Below, piece after piece: positions 45,417 through 58,859 of a DNA stretch of 64,000 bases (positions are counted from its first letter, which is position 1; every line of letters starts with the position of its first letter). Both the position numbers and the translations under genes were made by a program. This DNA is from the human T2T-CHM13v2.0 reference genome, Homo sapiens. The stretch is from assembly GCF_009914755.1 (NCBI RefSeq), contig NC_060929.1, one strand, 5' to 3'. The notes beneath the pieces were generated by a model, which was not told the origin of the DNA, searched no databases, and worked only from the letters and a program-made list of their open reading frames with translations.

Positions 45417-46566
45417 CCCGGTCCTCGCCCCTCCAGCGCCGGCCTCGCCCGCGCTCCTGAGAAAGCCCTGCCCGCTCCGCTCACGGCCGTGCCCTGGCCA
45501 ACTTCCTGCTGCGGCCGGCGGGCCCTGGGAAGCCCGTGCCCCCTTCCCTGCCCGGGCCTCGAGGACTTCCTCTTGGCAGGCGCTGGGGCCCTCTGAGAGC
45601 AGGCAGGCCCGGCCTTTGTCTCCGCGAGGCCCACCCCGGCCCGCACCTTCGCTTTGCGGTCTGACCCCACGCGCCCCCCTGCAGGGCTGGGCCCGGGTGA
45701 GGGGGAGCTTCCCTCGCGCCAGGGCAGGGGCGGGGGCGGCGCAGTTCCTGGCTCCCTGGTCCCTGCCTCTGATCCCAGACCGTGGCAACGTCGGGCACTG
45801 GGGGTCCTCGTGGGCGCCTTCTGCGCCTGGGGAGGTGGAGGCGCCAGGGACGATCAGGCCTCACTCCCGGCCGCCTCCCCGGCCGGGCCACAGGCAGCCA
45901 CAGTGCAAACAGAAGTGGGGCGTTTTTCTGTCTTCGAAACTAGCCTCGACGCCAGTGGATGGGCCTGGTTTGTTCCTGAGTTTCTCTAAATGTCCTCACT
46001 CGTCTGTCACCTGCAGAAGTATGACAGATGGAGAGCAAAGCACATTTTGAAAACTTTTGCAAATGATACATAAACTAATTTGCTTTTAGTCCTTCTTCTT
46101 TCCTCTATTTTTTGACCCCAGGCATCGAGCACTGAGTGACTCACGTTTTGCTGCGTGGCTGCTCTCAGCTAGGTTGGTGCAAAGTCTCTCTTTTCTTTTG
46201 TAAAGTGTAGCTGGCACGCGTGGGAAACAGGCTCCCGGGTGGGAGGACCTGACTCTTCAGGCAGTGTCCTGGAATTCCTTCCCCATGGCTGACAGCACGT
46301 CTTAGCCCTCAGCCACCCCGAGCTACTGCGGCCTCCTCCGCACCTGCAGACACTTGTGCCTTTGCCAACTGTTGTGGCCAGGCACACGCATTCACACTGT
46401 TTCTGTTCACTTACACTTTTCCTTGACTATTTTGTTTGGGGGATTTTTGCATTATAAATCTGGAGTTTGGTTGTGTTTTGTTGGTCATCATGGAAGTAAT
46501 TTTAATGGGAAATACGTTTTCTTTTTTAAAAACAGTTTGAAGTTAATTACTTTTTTGGTGGTGGTA

Positions 46567-47137
<571 letters not shown>

Positions 47138-47139
47138 GC

Positions 47140-47760
47140 TTCACCATCTTAAGGGCACACTCCATTAGCATTAAGTATATTCTAATGTTGTGCAAACATC
47201 ACCACAATCCATTTCCAGAACTCTTTTCCTCTTATAAAACTGAAACTCTGAGCCTATTAAACAACTCCCCACTCCCCTCCCCAAGCCCTTGGCACCACCA
47301 TTCCACTTTCTGTCTCTGAATCTGGCCACTCCCGGCACCTCATATGAGTGGAATCGGGCAGTGTTTGTCTTTTGTGTCTGGCGTATTTCACTTAGCATGA
47401 TATCCTCCAGGTTCATTCATGACCTTCAGAGTTTCCTTCCTTCTTAGGGTAGGATACTGCTCCATTGCATGGCTGTGCCACGTTTTCTTCACCCATTCAC
47501 TTCACCCGTGGGTGGACATGTGGGCGCTTGCATGTTTTCACTGCTGTGAGTAATGCGGCCGTGAACACGGCTGTGCAAATGCCTCTTTGGGACCCTGCTG
47601 TTGGCTGTTTTGGGTGGCTGCTCAGAGGTAGAATGGCTGGAGCCTGTGGAACTTGCCTGTGTCATTTGTGAGGATCTGCCATCTCTCCCATAGCAGCGGC
47701 ACCACGCTGCCTTCCCAGCAACAATGCACAAGGATCCCAGTGTGTCCACAACCTCATGAT
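47140..47760 (-). mobile_element. L1MB-type 3' end
   Basis: Reverse strand reads MNLEDIMLSEIRQTQK, typical of the L1 ORF2 end/3'UTR. Confidence 0.85.
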
Positions 47761-48390
47761 GCTTGTTCTTCTCCTGAGCAGGATCTGGCAGCCTTGGCCC
47801 AAGCAATCCCAGTGGGCGCATCTTGGGAGCTGACTTTGGGGCCACCTTTCCCCATGCTGCCTGGGGACCAGAGAACACTGACCGCGGGAAAGACCGATGC
47901 TGCCGAGGCCAGGAGGAGGGGGAGGCCGTCATCTGTGGGTCCCCAGCAGCGCTTGGGGTCCTGGCCACTCCAGCGGCCCCTTGCACCTGCCTCCAGGGAT
48001 CCTTTGTCTTCAAAATAACCTCCCTCCACCTTCCGGCTCATAGTGCCTTGGGTGGATCTGTTCCCATTTCCCACAAGCCTGCAGGGTGGTGACAGGCCCT
48101 CATTCCCATGTGCCCCAAGATTTCGGATTCCAAAAATACATCCCCTGGCTCCCCGGAGAAGTGTGTCACGGTGTCTCCGTTTCACCACTGACAGGGCCAA
48201 AGGATGTGCTCTCCTCTCCCGAGCTGCCATGGTCAAGGCAAGCCAGGACTCACCTCAGGCTGGCCCAGCCCCTCACCCCACACTGGCTCTGGGGGCCACG
48301 GCTGGCGAAGCCTCTGCGGTAGTTGGGGATCAGGCAGGCCGAGGGTCTGGCCTGTGCCGAGACCTGCACAGCTGGGTCAGCGGCTGCCTC

Positions 48391-49320
48391 TGTATTCATT
48401 TCCTGAGGCTGCTGTGACAAGTCACCACATACCTGGTGGCTGAAAACAACACATTTACTCCGCTCGCAGTTCTGGAGCCCAGAAGTGCAGTGTCACGGGG
48501 GTGAAGGCGAGGCGTCGGGGGCCGCTCCTCCTCCAGAGGCTGGGCCTTCCCAGGAGCTTATCCACTCCTGGCCTCTCCCTGCTTATGGGGGCTGCCAGGG
48601 CCCCTTGGCTGGTGACTGCATCACTCCAGTCTCTGCCTCCTGGTCACATGGCCTCCTCCTCTTCTGTGTGTGTGGGTGTGTGTGTGAGGGTGCGTGGGGT
48701 GTGTGTGTGAGGGTTTGTCGGTGTGTGGGTGTGTGTGGGTGTGTGGGTGTGTGTGGGGGTGTGTGTGGGTGTGTGAGGGTTCGTGTGTGGGTGTGTGGGA
48801 GTGAGAGGGTATGGGTGTGTGTGAGGGTGTGTGAGGGTATGTGTGGGTGTGTGAGTGTGTGTGGGGTGTGTGTGAGGGTGTGTATGTGTGGGTGTGTATG
48901 TGGGTGTGTGTGAGGGTTCATGTGTGGGTGTGTGTGGGTGTGGGGATGTGTGGGGGTGTGTGTGTGGAGGGGTGAGAGTGAATATGCATGCAAGTGTGTA
49001 AGATGGACAGTGAATGAGAATGTGCATGTGAAGGAGAGTGAGTGGGTGTGAGCTTGTGGGTGTGTTTGAGTGTGAATGTGTGTACAAGTGTGTGTGTGGA
49101 TAAGCGTGAGTCAGTCTGTGTGGGAGGGAGAGTGTGGGAGGGAGTGTGTGGGAGGGAGTGTGTGGATATGCATGTGTTTGAATTGTGTGCAAGTGTGTGT
49201 GAATGTGTGTGTGAGTGTGGGTGTGTGTGAGTGTGAAAATTCTGCCGCCATCTTATGAGTGTGTGTGTTGTTGCATTTAGGGCTCACCTAGATAACCCAG
49301 GACAGTCCCCTCATCTCACA
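48391..49320 (-). mobile_element. MLT1 (MaLR LTR) interrupted by a GT-rich tract
   Basis: tgtattcatttcctgaggctgctgtgacaa...ggtggctgaaaacaac...cagttctggag; resumes atttagggctcacctagataacccagga. Confidence 0.75.
48665..49235. repeat. Degenerate (GT/GGGT/GAGG)n low-complexity tract
   Basis: About 570 nt of imperfect TG repeats. Confidence 0.95.
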
Positions 49321-50662
49321 ATGACGCCCCCAGTCGGGCTGCCGAGACCGTGCCTGCTGAGCCTAACATTCCAAGGTTCCAGGAGCTGGGGTGTGGACGG
49401 ACCTGGGGCCTGCCATGCCCTCCAAGTGCTGCCCTGCCCCTTGAAGGCCAGGCCAGGTGAGGCTTCCAGGGTGGGTGTCAGAGTCCGCCCGGCATGGGAC
49501 AGGGGCGGGTGGGCAGCGCCCTCTCGTCAGCCTGGGCCTTCCCTGCCACTCCTGCTTGCGGCCCTTGCTGGCTCAGGTCTGCCGAGACACTGAGAAAGTG
49601 CTTGGCGCTGTCTGCAGACGACACGGTCAGCTTGTTCTGGGCAGTGTTTGCAGGGCATCTTTTGGGCCAAAATAAACACGCACACCTTGCCCACTCCCAC
49701 GGAATGCAGGAAGAGCTGGAAGGTAAACAAGCACTTTGCGGCTCTGGGGAAGGGGCCAGATATTGAATTTGGGGCCTATTGAAAGACCTCAGGGCCTCGG
49801 AGCAGGGTACTCAGCCCCTGGGTGCTCCTGCTGGGGAGCCTAGAGGCTCACGGTGCCTCCGCCCGGCCCACGCTTTGGCGGTGCTTCCGCAGACACCTGT
49901 GGAGGGCTGTTCAGGTGGCAGATGCCCACTCTGATGCCCCCACCATGTCCCCATTCTCTCTCTGATGTCCTCTCTCTCTGAGGCCCCTGCTCTCTGTGAT
50001 GCCCCCTCTCTTTGATATCCCTCTTTCTCTGGTGCCCTCTCTTCCTAATGCCTTGAGTACATAAATTATTAAGCAAACTGGGTTGAACTCCGGATACCCA
50101 TGCCTCTCTGATGTGGTCACCTGGGCAGGTGAGTGCAGCTCCCCGCCAGAGCAGGCATCTTGGTGACTGTTCATTGCCGGAGTTTTCTGGGGCCCCTCTC
50201 TGCCCACCTCTGCTCTCCTGGGATAGCAGCTGGCTGTCAGGTGGTGTCCTGGTGGCTGGGCCCTGGTTAGGTTAGCCCTCCATGCTAGAATGATCTGGGG
50301 CTTTGGGAGGGGTCTGTGGTGCTGTTCCAATAGAAGCTGCTCTTCTTTTTATGTCTAGAGCCAAAGGCCGCAGGCGCTGGACCCCGGCCCCGAGGCCCCC
50401 TTCCTCACTCCTTCTGAGCAAACTTTCCTACTCGAAGGTGGGGACCGGTGGGCAGCCCTGGTGGTGTCAGCCGGCACCCTGAGTTTCCCGATGGTCCTGG
50501 GACCCTTTTTCAAGGGACTTGTGGGGGCTCCTGGCCAGGGCCACCACAGCGGCCAGCAGCAGCGACCCTCCACACCGCCCTGAGTGGGCCCCACAAGGAC
50601 AGGCACCTCGGCCAGTCCCAGCAGGCACTCTGGGCTTTCTCCTGCGCCAGTAGGAAGTGGTT

Positions 50663-50821
50663 TGGCTCGGCCCCGTGGGCCCTGGGGCGCTCAGCACCCC
50701 CTCCTCAGCCCCCGTCCTCCCTCCTCATGGCTCGGCCCCGTGGGCCCTGGGGCGCTCAGCACCCCCTCCTCAGCCCGCGTCCTCTTTCCTCATAGCTCAG
50801 CCCCGTGGGCCCTCGGGCACT
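50663..50821. repeat. 65-bp GC-rich tandem repeat, ~2.4 copies
   Basis: Units start at 50663, 50728 and 50793 (tggctcggccccgtgggccctggggcgctcagcacc...). Confidence 0.92.
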
Positions 50822-51151
50822 GGGCAGTGTCGTGAGCATATCCGAGCGCCCTCTGTGGCACCGTCCCTGGGTCAATATTGATCTGGCTCTCAGCCACTTC
50901 CTTTTGCCCCTTCCCTGTCGGCACTCCCACCCACAGGGCCCTGCTGTGCGGAGGGGAGCAGGTGCTGTCGATGTGGTTCCTGCCTTGTGGGTTCAGGGCA
51001 TTGGTGAAAGTGACAGAAAAGCTGACCCACGTGGCTTTAAGCAAAGACTGAAATTCCAGGAGTGGCTCCGCCTTCAGGGAAAGGTTGATCCAGGCTCAAA
51101 GGATGTCACCAGGACCTCATACCTCATTCTTCCCTGCCATCTCTCAGCTCC

Positions 51152-51443
51152 TTTTTTTTTTTTTGAGATGGAGTCTTGCTCTGTTGCCCAAGGTGGAGTG
51201 CAGTGGTGCAATCTCGGCTCACTGCAACCTCTGACCCCAAGTTCAAGCGATTCTCCTGCCTCAGCCTTCTGAGTAGCTGGGATTACAGGCGCCCGACACC
51301 ATGCCCGCCTAATTTTTGTATTTTCAGTACAGCCAGGGTTTCATCGTGTTAGCCAGGATGGTCTCGATCTCCTGACCTCGTGATCTGCCTGCCTCGGCCT
51401 CCCAAAGTGCTGGGATTACAGGCGTGAGCCACCGCGCCCGGCC
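51152..51443 (-). mobile_element. AluSc
   Basis: Full reverse Alu. Confidence 0.95.
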
Positions 51444-52834
51444 TCTCAGCTCCCATTTTTTAGAGTTGTCCTCCTTGGAGTGACAGGCTGGCAGCCAGCA
51501 GTGCCAAACCTCCGATACCAATTTGGGCCCAGGCACACAAGCGCTGGTGCTATCCCCAGGGCCCTCCCGTGAGGCTTCACCCCACTGCTCCAAGGACCGT
51601 GCTGGCCACAGCAGCAGCAGCAGAGGAAACATCGTGTCTCATTAGGTCCCACTTCCCTGCTTCAGTCTGTTCAGTGAGGAAGGAGGCTGAGGAAGGGGTG
51701 CTGGCAGGGATTCAGGAGGTGACCCTGGGCAGGGCTCCACACCTCTGTGTGCCCAGCAGCACTCCCTGTCCTCCCCACCCCAATACCATTCCATTGAGGA
51801 AAGCACTTCAGTCCCCAGAGCCCCACCGTGTCCAGGGACTGAAGTGGTTTCCTGCGTGGAATGGCACTGGGGTGAGACGGGCATTATCACCCTCACGATT
51901 TAGAAGAAACACAGCTCAGAGAACGTCAGTGACCGGCCTGCAGTCCCCTGGCAGTCTGAGATGGGTCTGCACGGTGCCCAGGCCATGCTCTTCACACGCC
52001 CATTGACCCGGAAGGCACAGCGTCCTGTGCTGCCTCCACGTGCCAGGGCTGGGAGCAGCCAGGCAGGGGTGAGAGTTGGGGGGTCAGACCCAGGGGAGGC
52101 CCCAGCCCAGACTCCAGGCCAAGATCCCACCATGGCAGAGATGCACTTGCTGCCGTCCCAAAGCAAGGCCCCTTCCGAGCGTTCCCTTCCGTTACTGCTG
52201 CCTCTCCGTGGAGACTGGCTGATGACTTCCAGGTACCCGGCTGTCCCTAGGGGAGGCCATGTCCTTCTCAGGGGAGCTGCCTCCTTCCAGGGCCGGGCAG
52301 TCCTGTGTGGCCCTGCTGCCCACAAGCCAGCTGTGATGGAGCTCCTGGCAGTGCCTCAGAGCAGCCAGGGATGGGCGGGACCCTGGGAGCTGCCCGGCTG
52401 ACTCCACCCCTGTGTGCCACAGAGGGGCAGCCCAGGCTGCCAAGGATGCTGCCCCCAGGCGTGTTCCAAATCCCTTAATCCTCTCTCTCTGTGGCCGCTC
52501 TGGGCTCCCCATCAAGCCCTAGTTCAGCCCCCACATCCTCTAGCCTCCCGGCCCACCATCAGGTTTATGGCACCCTTGGCCACTCGTGGCTCGGGTGGAA
52601 AGTTTAGGAGTTTCTGCTTCCCTCTTTGGATGCGCCCCTGAGGGGAAGGTGGTGTCCCCCACTGGGCCCAGGAAGGGGAAACGGTCCCCTCTCCTCGCGG
52701 TGGTGGCTGCAGCCAGTTACTCCTCCAGAGCAGAACAAGGGTGGGGGGAGTGTGGGGGCGCTTGCTGACCTCAGACACCGCCCAGTTTGCCCTCAGGAGG
52801 GATGCATTTCCCCTGTGCACAGCGCTTTGAGGCT

Positions 52835-53132
52835 GGGCTCACATTTCTTTCTTACAGTCCTGGAAGCTGGGAAGGCCAAGATCAAGGCGCAGGCAGATCG
52901 GGGGTCTGGTGAGGGGCTTCCTGGTTTCCTGACAGCTGACTTCTCACACGGTGGAAAGAGGGCTACGGAGCTCTCTGGCCTCCTCTTGTAAGGACACTAA
53001 TCCCATTCCCAGGGGCTCCACCCTCATGACCTGCTCACCTCCCAAGGGCCCCACCTCCTAACGCCATCACACTGGGAGTAGGGTTTCAACATGTACATTT
53101 CAGGAGGACACAAACCTTCAGTCCATCGGGCA
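52835..53132 (-). mobile_element. MLT1A-like MaLR LTR
   Basis: ggctccaccctcatgacc...cacctcccaagggccccacctcctaa...catcacactggg. Confidence 0.8.
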
Positions 53133-53657
53133 TATGGGGGACGGGTGGGAGCACGTGTTAGCTGGTGCATGGGTGGGTGGGTGAGTCAAGGGGGGCTCAT
53201 AGGCCCCTGTTCACACCACTTGGTCGGAAGGGGGCTTTTACCTGGGTGTGGTCACCCCCAGCACCACTGGGGCCTTATGACTTTTATCACCAAAGCTCTA
53301 CAAGGTGGCAGTCATGAATGAGAAACTGAGGCTCCGAGGGGAGGTGCTGGGCTCAGGCTCACCAGCTGCAGGGTGCCACATCTCATACCCCATCCTCCGC
53401 TCCCAGCCCTGAGGAGCCCTCAGAGCCCAGCCTGTCCCAGGCTCTCTGCCCAGTGGCAGAGGAGACCCAGGCCTCATTTGGTGGTTGCCAAAGGCACAAA
53501 GGCAGTCCCCGCTCAGTGATGCTATGGTCCCCTCCCTGAATCCACATGCAGAGATCAGGGCTGGAGATGGCCCCAGTGACCTGGGGACTGGCCAGCACCT
53601 TGGACACTGTGGCTGATTATCTGGGCTAAGCACACAGCTTCAAGAGTCTACCTGGAA

Positions 53658-53813
53658 GCTAGGCACAGTGAGCCCCGTAGTCCCAGCTACTCAGGAGGCC
53701 GAGGCGAGAGGATCATGTGAGCACGGGAGGTTGAGGCTGCAGTGAGCTATGATTGCACCACTGCACTCCAGCCTGGGTGACAGAGTGAAACTTCGTCTCA
53801 AAAAAAAAAAAAA
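53658..53813 (+). mobile_element. Alu right arm/FRAM
   Basis: Single monomer with poly(A). Confidence 0.88.
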
Positions 53814-55037
53814 GTTGATTTGGGCCCACTGGGGTGGAGTGGCCTGGGAGTGGTAATGGGGTGAGGATGGGGTCAGGGGAAATGAGAGGGAGGGAGCCGG
53901 TGTTGGTGCTGGAAGCTGCTTTTTGGGTTCCCTCCTCCCAAGCATAATGAGCATCTAGGGCGGGAGCTGTGTAGGGCCCTCCCGGGGGTCCCTCTGATCT
54001 CCTAGCCTGCCAGCACCCCTGCAGACCCCGCCAAGCTCCTTCAAGATCCCTCCTTCTCGGTGAAAGACGTCAGCCCTTCTCAGAATGCCCGTCTAGCCTT
54101 AAAATAAGAAACAGGCCCAACTCTGGACTCCCAGGCCCTAGGTCCCCTGTGGCCTCCTGTCCCACCTCCCACTTCCCTCCCTCGCCTGTCCTTCTGGTCT
54201 TCCTCTTTGCTCTTCTTCACTCCTCACAGCAGGGGCTGCGGTTTGTGAGTTCCAACTCCAGGGCCTAGGACCACGTGTGGCTTTGAGCAGCCACCCGGGA
54301 GCTCTGCCTGCTGGATGCAAACGCCAGGGCCTGAGCACACCGAGAGGCACTGGGGACGTCAGCATAGAATCAACAGCATCAAAGGACATTCGGGCATGTC
54401 CTGGGCCCCAAACCTCCCCCAAGCAGGTGACGAAGGGCTCTTGGCAGAAATGAATAGAGTGAAGGGCTGGGGTGGAGGTGGGGAGGCATAGGCGGGCGGT
54501 GGCACCCAGAGAAGGGCTGGAGCCTGAGAGGAGAAGGTGAGAAGGTTCTTGGGAGGCAGAAGGGACCAAGGGGCCCTCGCAGTGCGAGCACGCTGTAGCC
54601 TGGTGTGACTCCTCCCTCCCCGCTCGCTGGCTGTCTCCATCCACACAGCCACTCCTGGAGTGAGTGGTGCTCTGGGGTGTGAAAGGGTGGCTGGGACCTG
54701 CAGGGACACTTGAGCCCAGCCCTTAAGGTCCAACCCAGGAAGTTCCAGAGGAGCCCGGAAGTGTGAGCGCAGCCCTGCTGGGAAATGGTACGGGATGGGA
54801 GCACAGAGGTGTTTCAGTTCCCAACACACAGGGGCATACTTTGGGCTTGGAGAGCCGCTCAGCCCTGGGCACGGGGGGACACCCTGTTGGTGGACACCTG
54901 GGTTGGCACATATGTCAAGGTCAGTGACTAAATTCAGTCAATTATAATGGAAAGCTAAAATATCCAAACCCAGCCTGGGCAATACAGTGAGACCTCATTT
55001 CTACAAACCAACCAACCAACCAAAACAAAAAAAAAGC

Positions 55038-55322
55038 GGCCGGGCGCGGTGGCTCACACCTGTAATTCCAGCACTTTTGGGAGGCTGAGGCCGGGAGTTC
55101 GAGCCCAGCCTGGCCAACATGGTGAAACCCCGTCTCTACTAAAAATACAAAAATTAGCTGGGCGTGGTGGCAGGTGCCTGTAATCCCAGCTACTCAGGAG
55201 GCTGAGGCAGAAGAATTGCTTGAAGACGGAGGTTCCAGTGAGCCGAGATCGCGCCACTGAACTCCAGCCTGGGGGAAAGAGCAAAACTGTCTCAAAAAAA
55301 AAAAAAAAAAAAAAAAAAAAAA
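55038..55322 (+). mobile_element. AluS
   Basis: Alu with long poly(A), preceded by an older Alu fragment at ~54968. Confidence 0.93.
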
Positions 55323-55409
55323 GCCCAATGTGGGGGCTGTTCTGTATTCCCATTTAGATTTATTACGGAAGCAAAAACAATAAAAGCAACACTCCCGTCC
55401 GCAACACAC

Positions 55410-57083
55410 ACAAAGACCGGCATCAGATTTATTATTATCTCTTGTTAAATATTTTCGATCTTTTCTCAGAACATGGTCTAGAAGGGCATAGTAGTTTTTT
55501 TCCCGGTACATGCGTGGGTGGGTAGTGAGGAGAAGGGAGCAGAGGTGCGCGCCAGGAGCCAGGCTGGTTCTCTGCAGAGAACAACCTCCAGATCCTCCCA
55601 GGGAAGCCCGACACGCCAGTCCCACGTTGGACGACGTGCAGAGGAAGGGGGAGGTCCACGGGGACGACGAAGATGACCTTATACGTGCACTCGGCATATC
55701 CTGGAGTAACGCGCAGTGGGGGAGGTGGGGAGGGGAGGGTCGGCCGGGCAAGCCCCTGCCCGCTGCGCGGCGCCTGTCCTGCAAGCGTCTGGTGCGTGGG
55801 TTTGGGGGGTCAGGGTGGTGGTCAGTCTCCGTGGTCCTAACGTGGGGATGTGGCTCTTTCTCCTGGTGAGATGGTTGGGCACTGTGAGCTGGGATAGGGG
55901 TCCTGAGCAGAATGCCTCCAGCCTTCAGGGGATCTCTCGGCTGCTCCTCTGGGAGGGCGGCATTCTGACCAGCCAGGGTGCTGATGTCAGGCACAGGGCA
56001 GGAAAAGGCTGAAGGCAGGTCCCCAGAATGTCCACTGAGTGCTGGGTGGCACAGGGCAATGCTGGGTGGTCCTTTGTGCCAGCCCCGAGCCTTCCTGAGT
56101 GGATCCCACAGTGTTCATCTCTCATGAGCTGGTTCACGGCTTGGGAGGGGCCGCAGGTGGCAGATCCGGGCTCTAAAGGGAAGAACCAGACCGGCAGCTC
56201 CAGACCCAGGCTCCTCGGAGTCTGGGCCAGGTGGGAGAGCAAGGGCCTTCTCCAGAGGCACTGACTGCTCTGCTGGCCTTGACCTGGGGCGGGGGTCAGA
56301 GTCATCTAGACTCAGTACAGCTGTCCCTGGGCGCCTTCCAGGCTGAATTCGGAAAGCAAATTCTTCTCAGCAGCTCTAACAGTCTGTGAAGTTCTGTTGA
56401 AAAAGACTTGCAGGATGGCTCTCAACACCCAGGCGCAGGTGTGCGGGCTGCCTCTGTGTTGCCAGCGTATAATACTGTCATACTGGTGGCCACCCCAGGG
56501 GCTAGTTGGCTGTTTGGTCAGGCCCAGAAGAGGACCCTGCAAATGCCTTCTTTGAGATGGAAACACAGCCCCTCCCTTCAACTGTGCAGGGGTGGGTGAG
56601 GCCAGCCAGCCCTCGTGGGGAGAGTAGCTGTGTGCCTGAGGAGGAAAGGGCGTTTGGGAGACCTCTGCTCTCGTATGCCTTAACCTCCAACACTGTGTGA
56701 CTCCCAGACCCACAGATTCCTCGTGGGAAAACAGGGACCAGGCCACCACCCAGTGTGATGAAAGGAGGTCGCCAAAGAGACATTCCCATGGAAGTGCTGG
56801 CCCCGGGACCAGCACCTGCGGATGCTGAACTAAATGACATCTGAATCTCAGGGGGAGGGGCCGGGGCAGCTGGAGCGTGGCCCTGGCCAGTCGTGGTGAC
56901 GGAATTCCGGGAGCCTTGGGCCTGGAGTCCTGCTCTTCCTAGCTGGGAAGTCTGCAGAGAGGGAAGAGGACACTCCTGTGCCACCAGAGTTCAACCAGAT
57001 GAGTTCCCAGCCTGGGCCTCCAGCCCTCTGCCCGCCCTGCCGGGCCTGAACCCCCAAGTGCTGGGGGTCTTGTCCGATGCTGC
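55410..57083 (-). other. FLT4: FLT4 long-isoform 3'UTR (end approximate)
   Basis: Repeat-free sequence from the stop to the AATAAA signals. Confidence 0.8.
55428..55433 (-). terminator. FLT4: FLT4 long-isoform poly(A) signal
   Basis: AATAAA on - followed by GU-rich ctttgtgtgtgttg; a second AATAAA lies at 55359-55364. Confidence 0.8.
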
Positions 57084-57282
57084 TTAGTAGCTGTTGTCTG
57101 TGAAGAAAGTCACGCGGGCAGACGGGGAGCAGTGGTCCTCCTCGCTTGGCTCCGACAGCTCCCCATACTCGCTGTTGTAAAACACCTGGCCTCCTCGGGC
57201 CCCCCGCTCAGGCCGCCGCCGCCTCCCTTGGGAGTCAGGGTGTGCCCTGGTCACAGCCACATTCTGGCCAGGTCCTTTACAG
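57084..57282 (-). CDS. FLT4: FLT4/VEGFR3 terminal exon of the long isoform
   Basis: tggcag|C TGT AAA...AGC TAC TAA; [65 protein letters not shown]. Confidence 0.97.
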
Positions 57283-57320
57283 CTGCCAAGACAGGGAAGG
57301 TGGTGTTAGTAAGAGAAGAA

Positions 57321-57920
<600 letters not shown>

Positions 57921-58099
57921 GGAGGGACTGGAGCCCTGTCAGGGTCTGATGGGAACCACCAAGGACACAGTGGAGCATGGCATGCGTTCAGACTTCAGAA
58001 AACACACACAGACTCGACTCAAATAGCAAAGCGGATCGATCTGATCCAGCACTCACTGGAGCTCTGTCCCTACCTAGCCTGGACCCGAGACTGTGAAGA

Positions 58100-58500
58100 A
58101 TGTCCAACTTCATCCCCCAACCCAGTTCTCACTCTGTCTTGCCCATCTCAGTGAACGGCACCACCGTCCCCTCAGCCGCTCAAGCCAAGCACCCTGGGGT
58201 TCTCCTTGCTTCCTCCTTCCCCTCACTCTTCAAAGCCAATCCATCCAGAAGTCCTGTCCGTTCTAACTCCAGGACACATCCGTGCATCTCCATTCCTGGC
58301 CCTCCTGCGGAGCCAGCTGTGTCCTTGCCGGCTCTGTGACATCCTCCCGCGGACTGCTGTGTGCTTCCACCCTGGCCTCCTGGTGGTCCACCCTTCAGAG
58401 AGGTCCTTCAAGTTACACTATGTCATTCTCCTCCTGACACGCCCTCCAACGGCTTCCCGTCACTCCACGAAGCAAATCCAGGCCTCTCGCCTTGACCTAG
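58100..58500 (+). mobile_element. L2 remnant
   Basis: catctcagtgaacggcaccacc...caagcca...caatccatc...aagtcctgtc resembles the L2 3' region. Confidence 0.6.
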
Positions 58501-58859
58501 GGGGTGGTTTCTGCCCCTGCCCTCCTCTCTGCCTGCCCTATCATGCACCATCCTCAAGCGCTCACTTTCTTTGCATTTTTTGAAGATGTTGACTTCTTGT
58601 TTGGTGCTTTGCATGGTGCTACTGAAAACTCTTGACTGTAAGTTTAAAATATTAGTTCTTTTACTGTTTGCATTTTCTTCCTCTGGGACTCCCAATTTTA
58701 TATATATTGTCTCTTTTCTATTCCTGTCACTTTCTGATCCTTTTGCCTCTTTTCAGTTTTGTTTTCCTCTTTTCACGTCCATCCTCTGTGTCTGGCACTA
58801 TCAGTCTGCTCATACATATTGTCCCTGTGGTGCCCTGGTTTTAGAAAAGATTTATCGGG

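Larger units (their letters stand above)
44040..45950. promoter_or_regulatory. CpG island covering the SCGB3A1 promoter and gene body
   Basis: Visibly very GC- and CpG-rich; GC box ggggcggggg near 45727. Confidence 0.9.

Noticed and set aside
44537-46050. Overlapping 180-283-aa ORFs across the SCGB3A1 island, including an apparent N-terminal extension to 45788
   Set aside because: Stop codons are rare in very GC-rich DNA, starts are mostly non-ATG, and the extension begins upstream of the TATA box.
48485-49258. His/Thr/Pro- and Cys/Val-rich ORFs
   Set aside because: Translations of the GT low-complexity tract.
50663-50821. 65-bp repeats as a CRISPR-like array
   Set aside because: Units are contiguous with no unique spacers; ordinary minisatellite.
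55630-55850. Cluster of RCGTG hypoxia-response cores
   Set aside because: 5-mers are expected in CpG-rich DNA; unsupported without ChIP data.
55194-55994. 266-aa minus-strand ORF in the FLT4 3'UTR
   Set aside because: Runs past the poly(A) signals into Alu poly(T); no recognisable domain.
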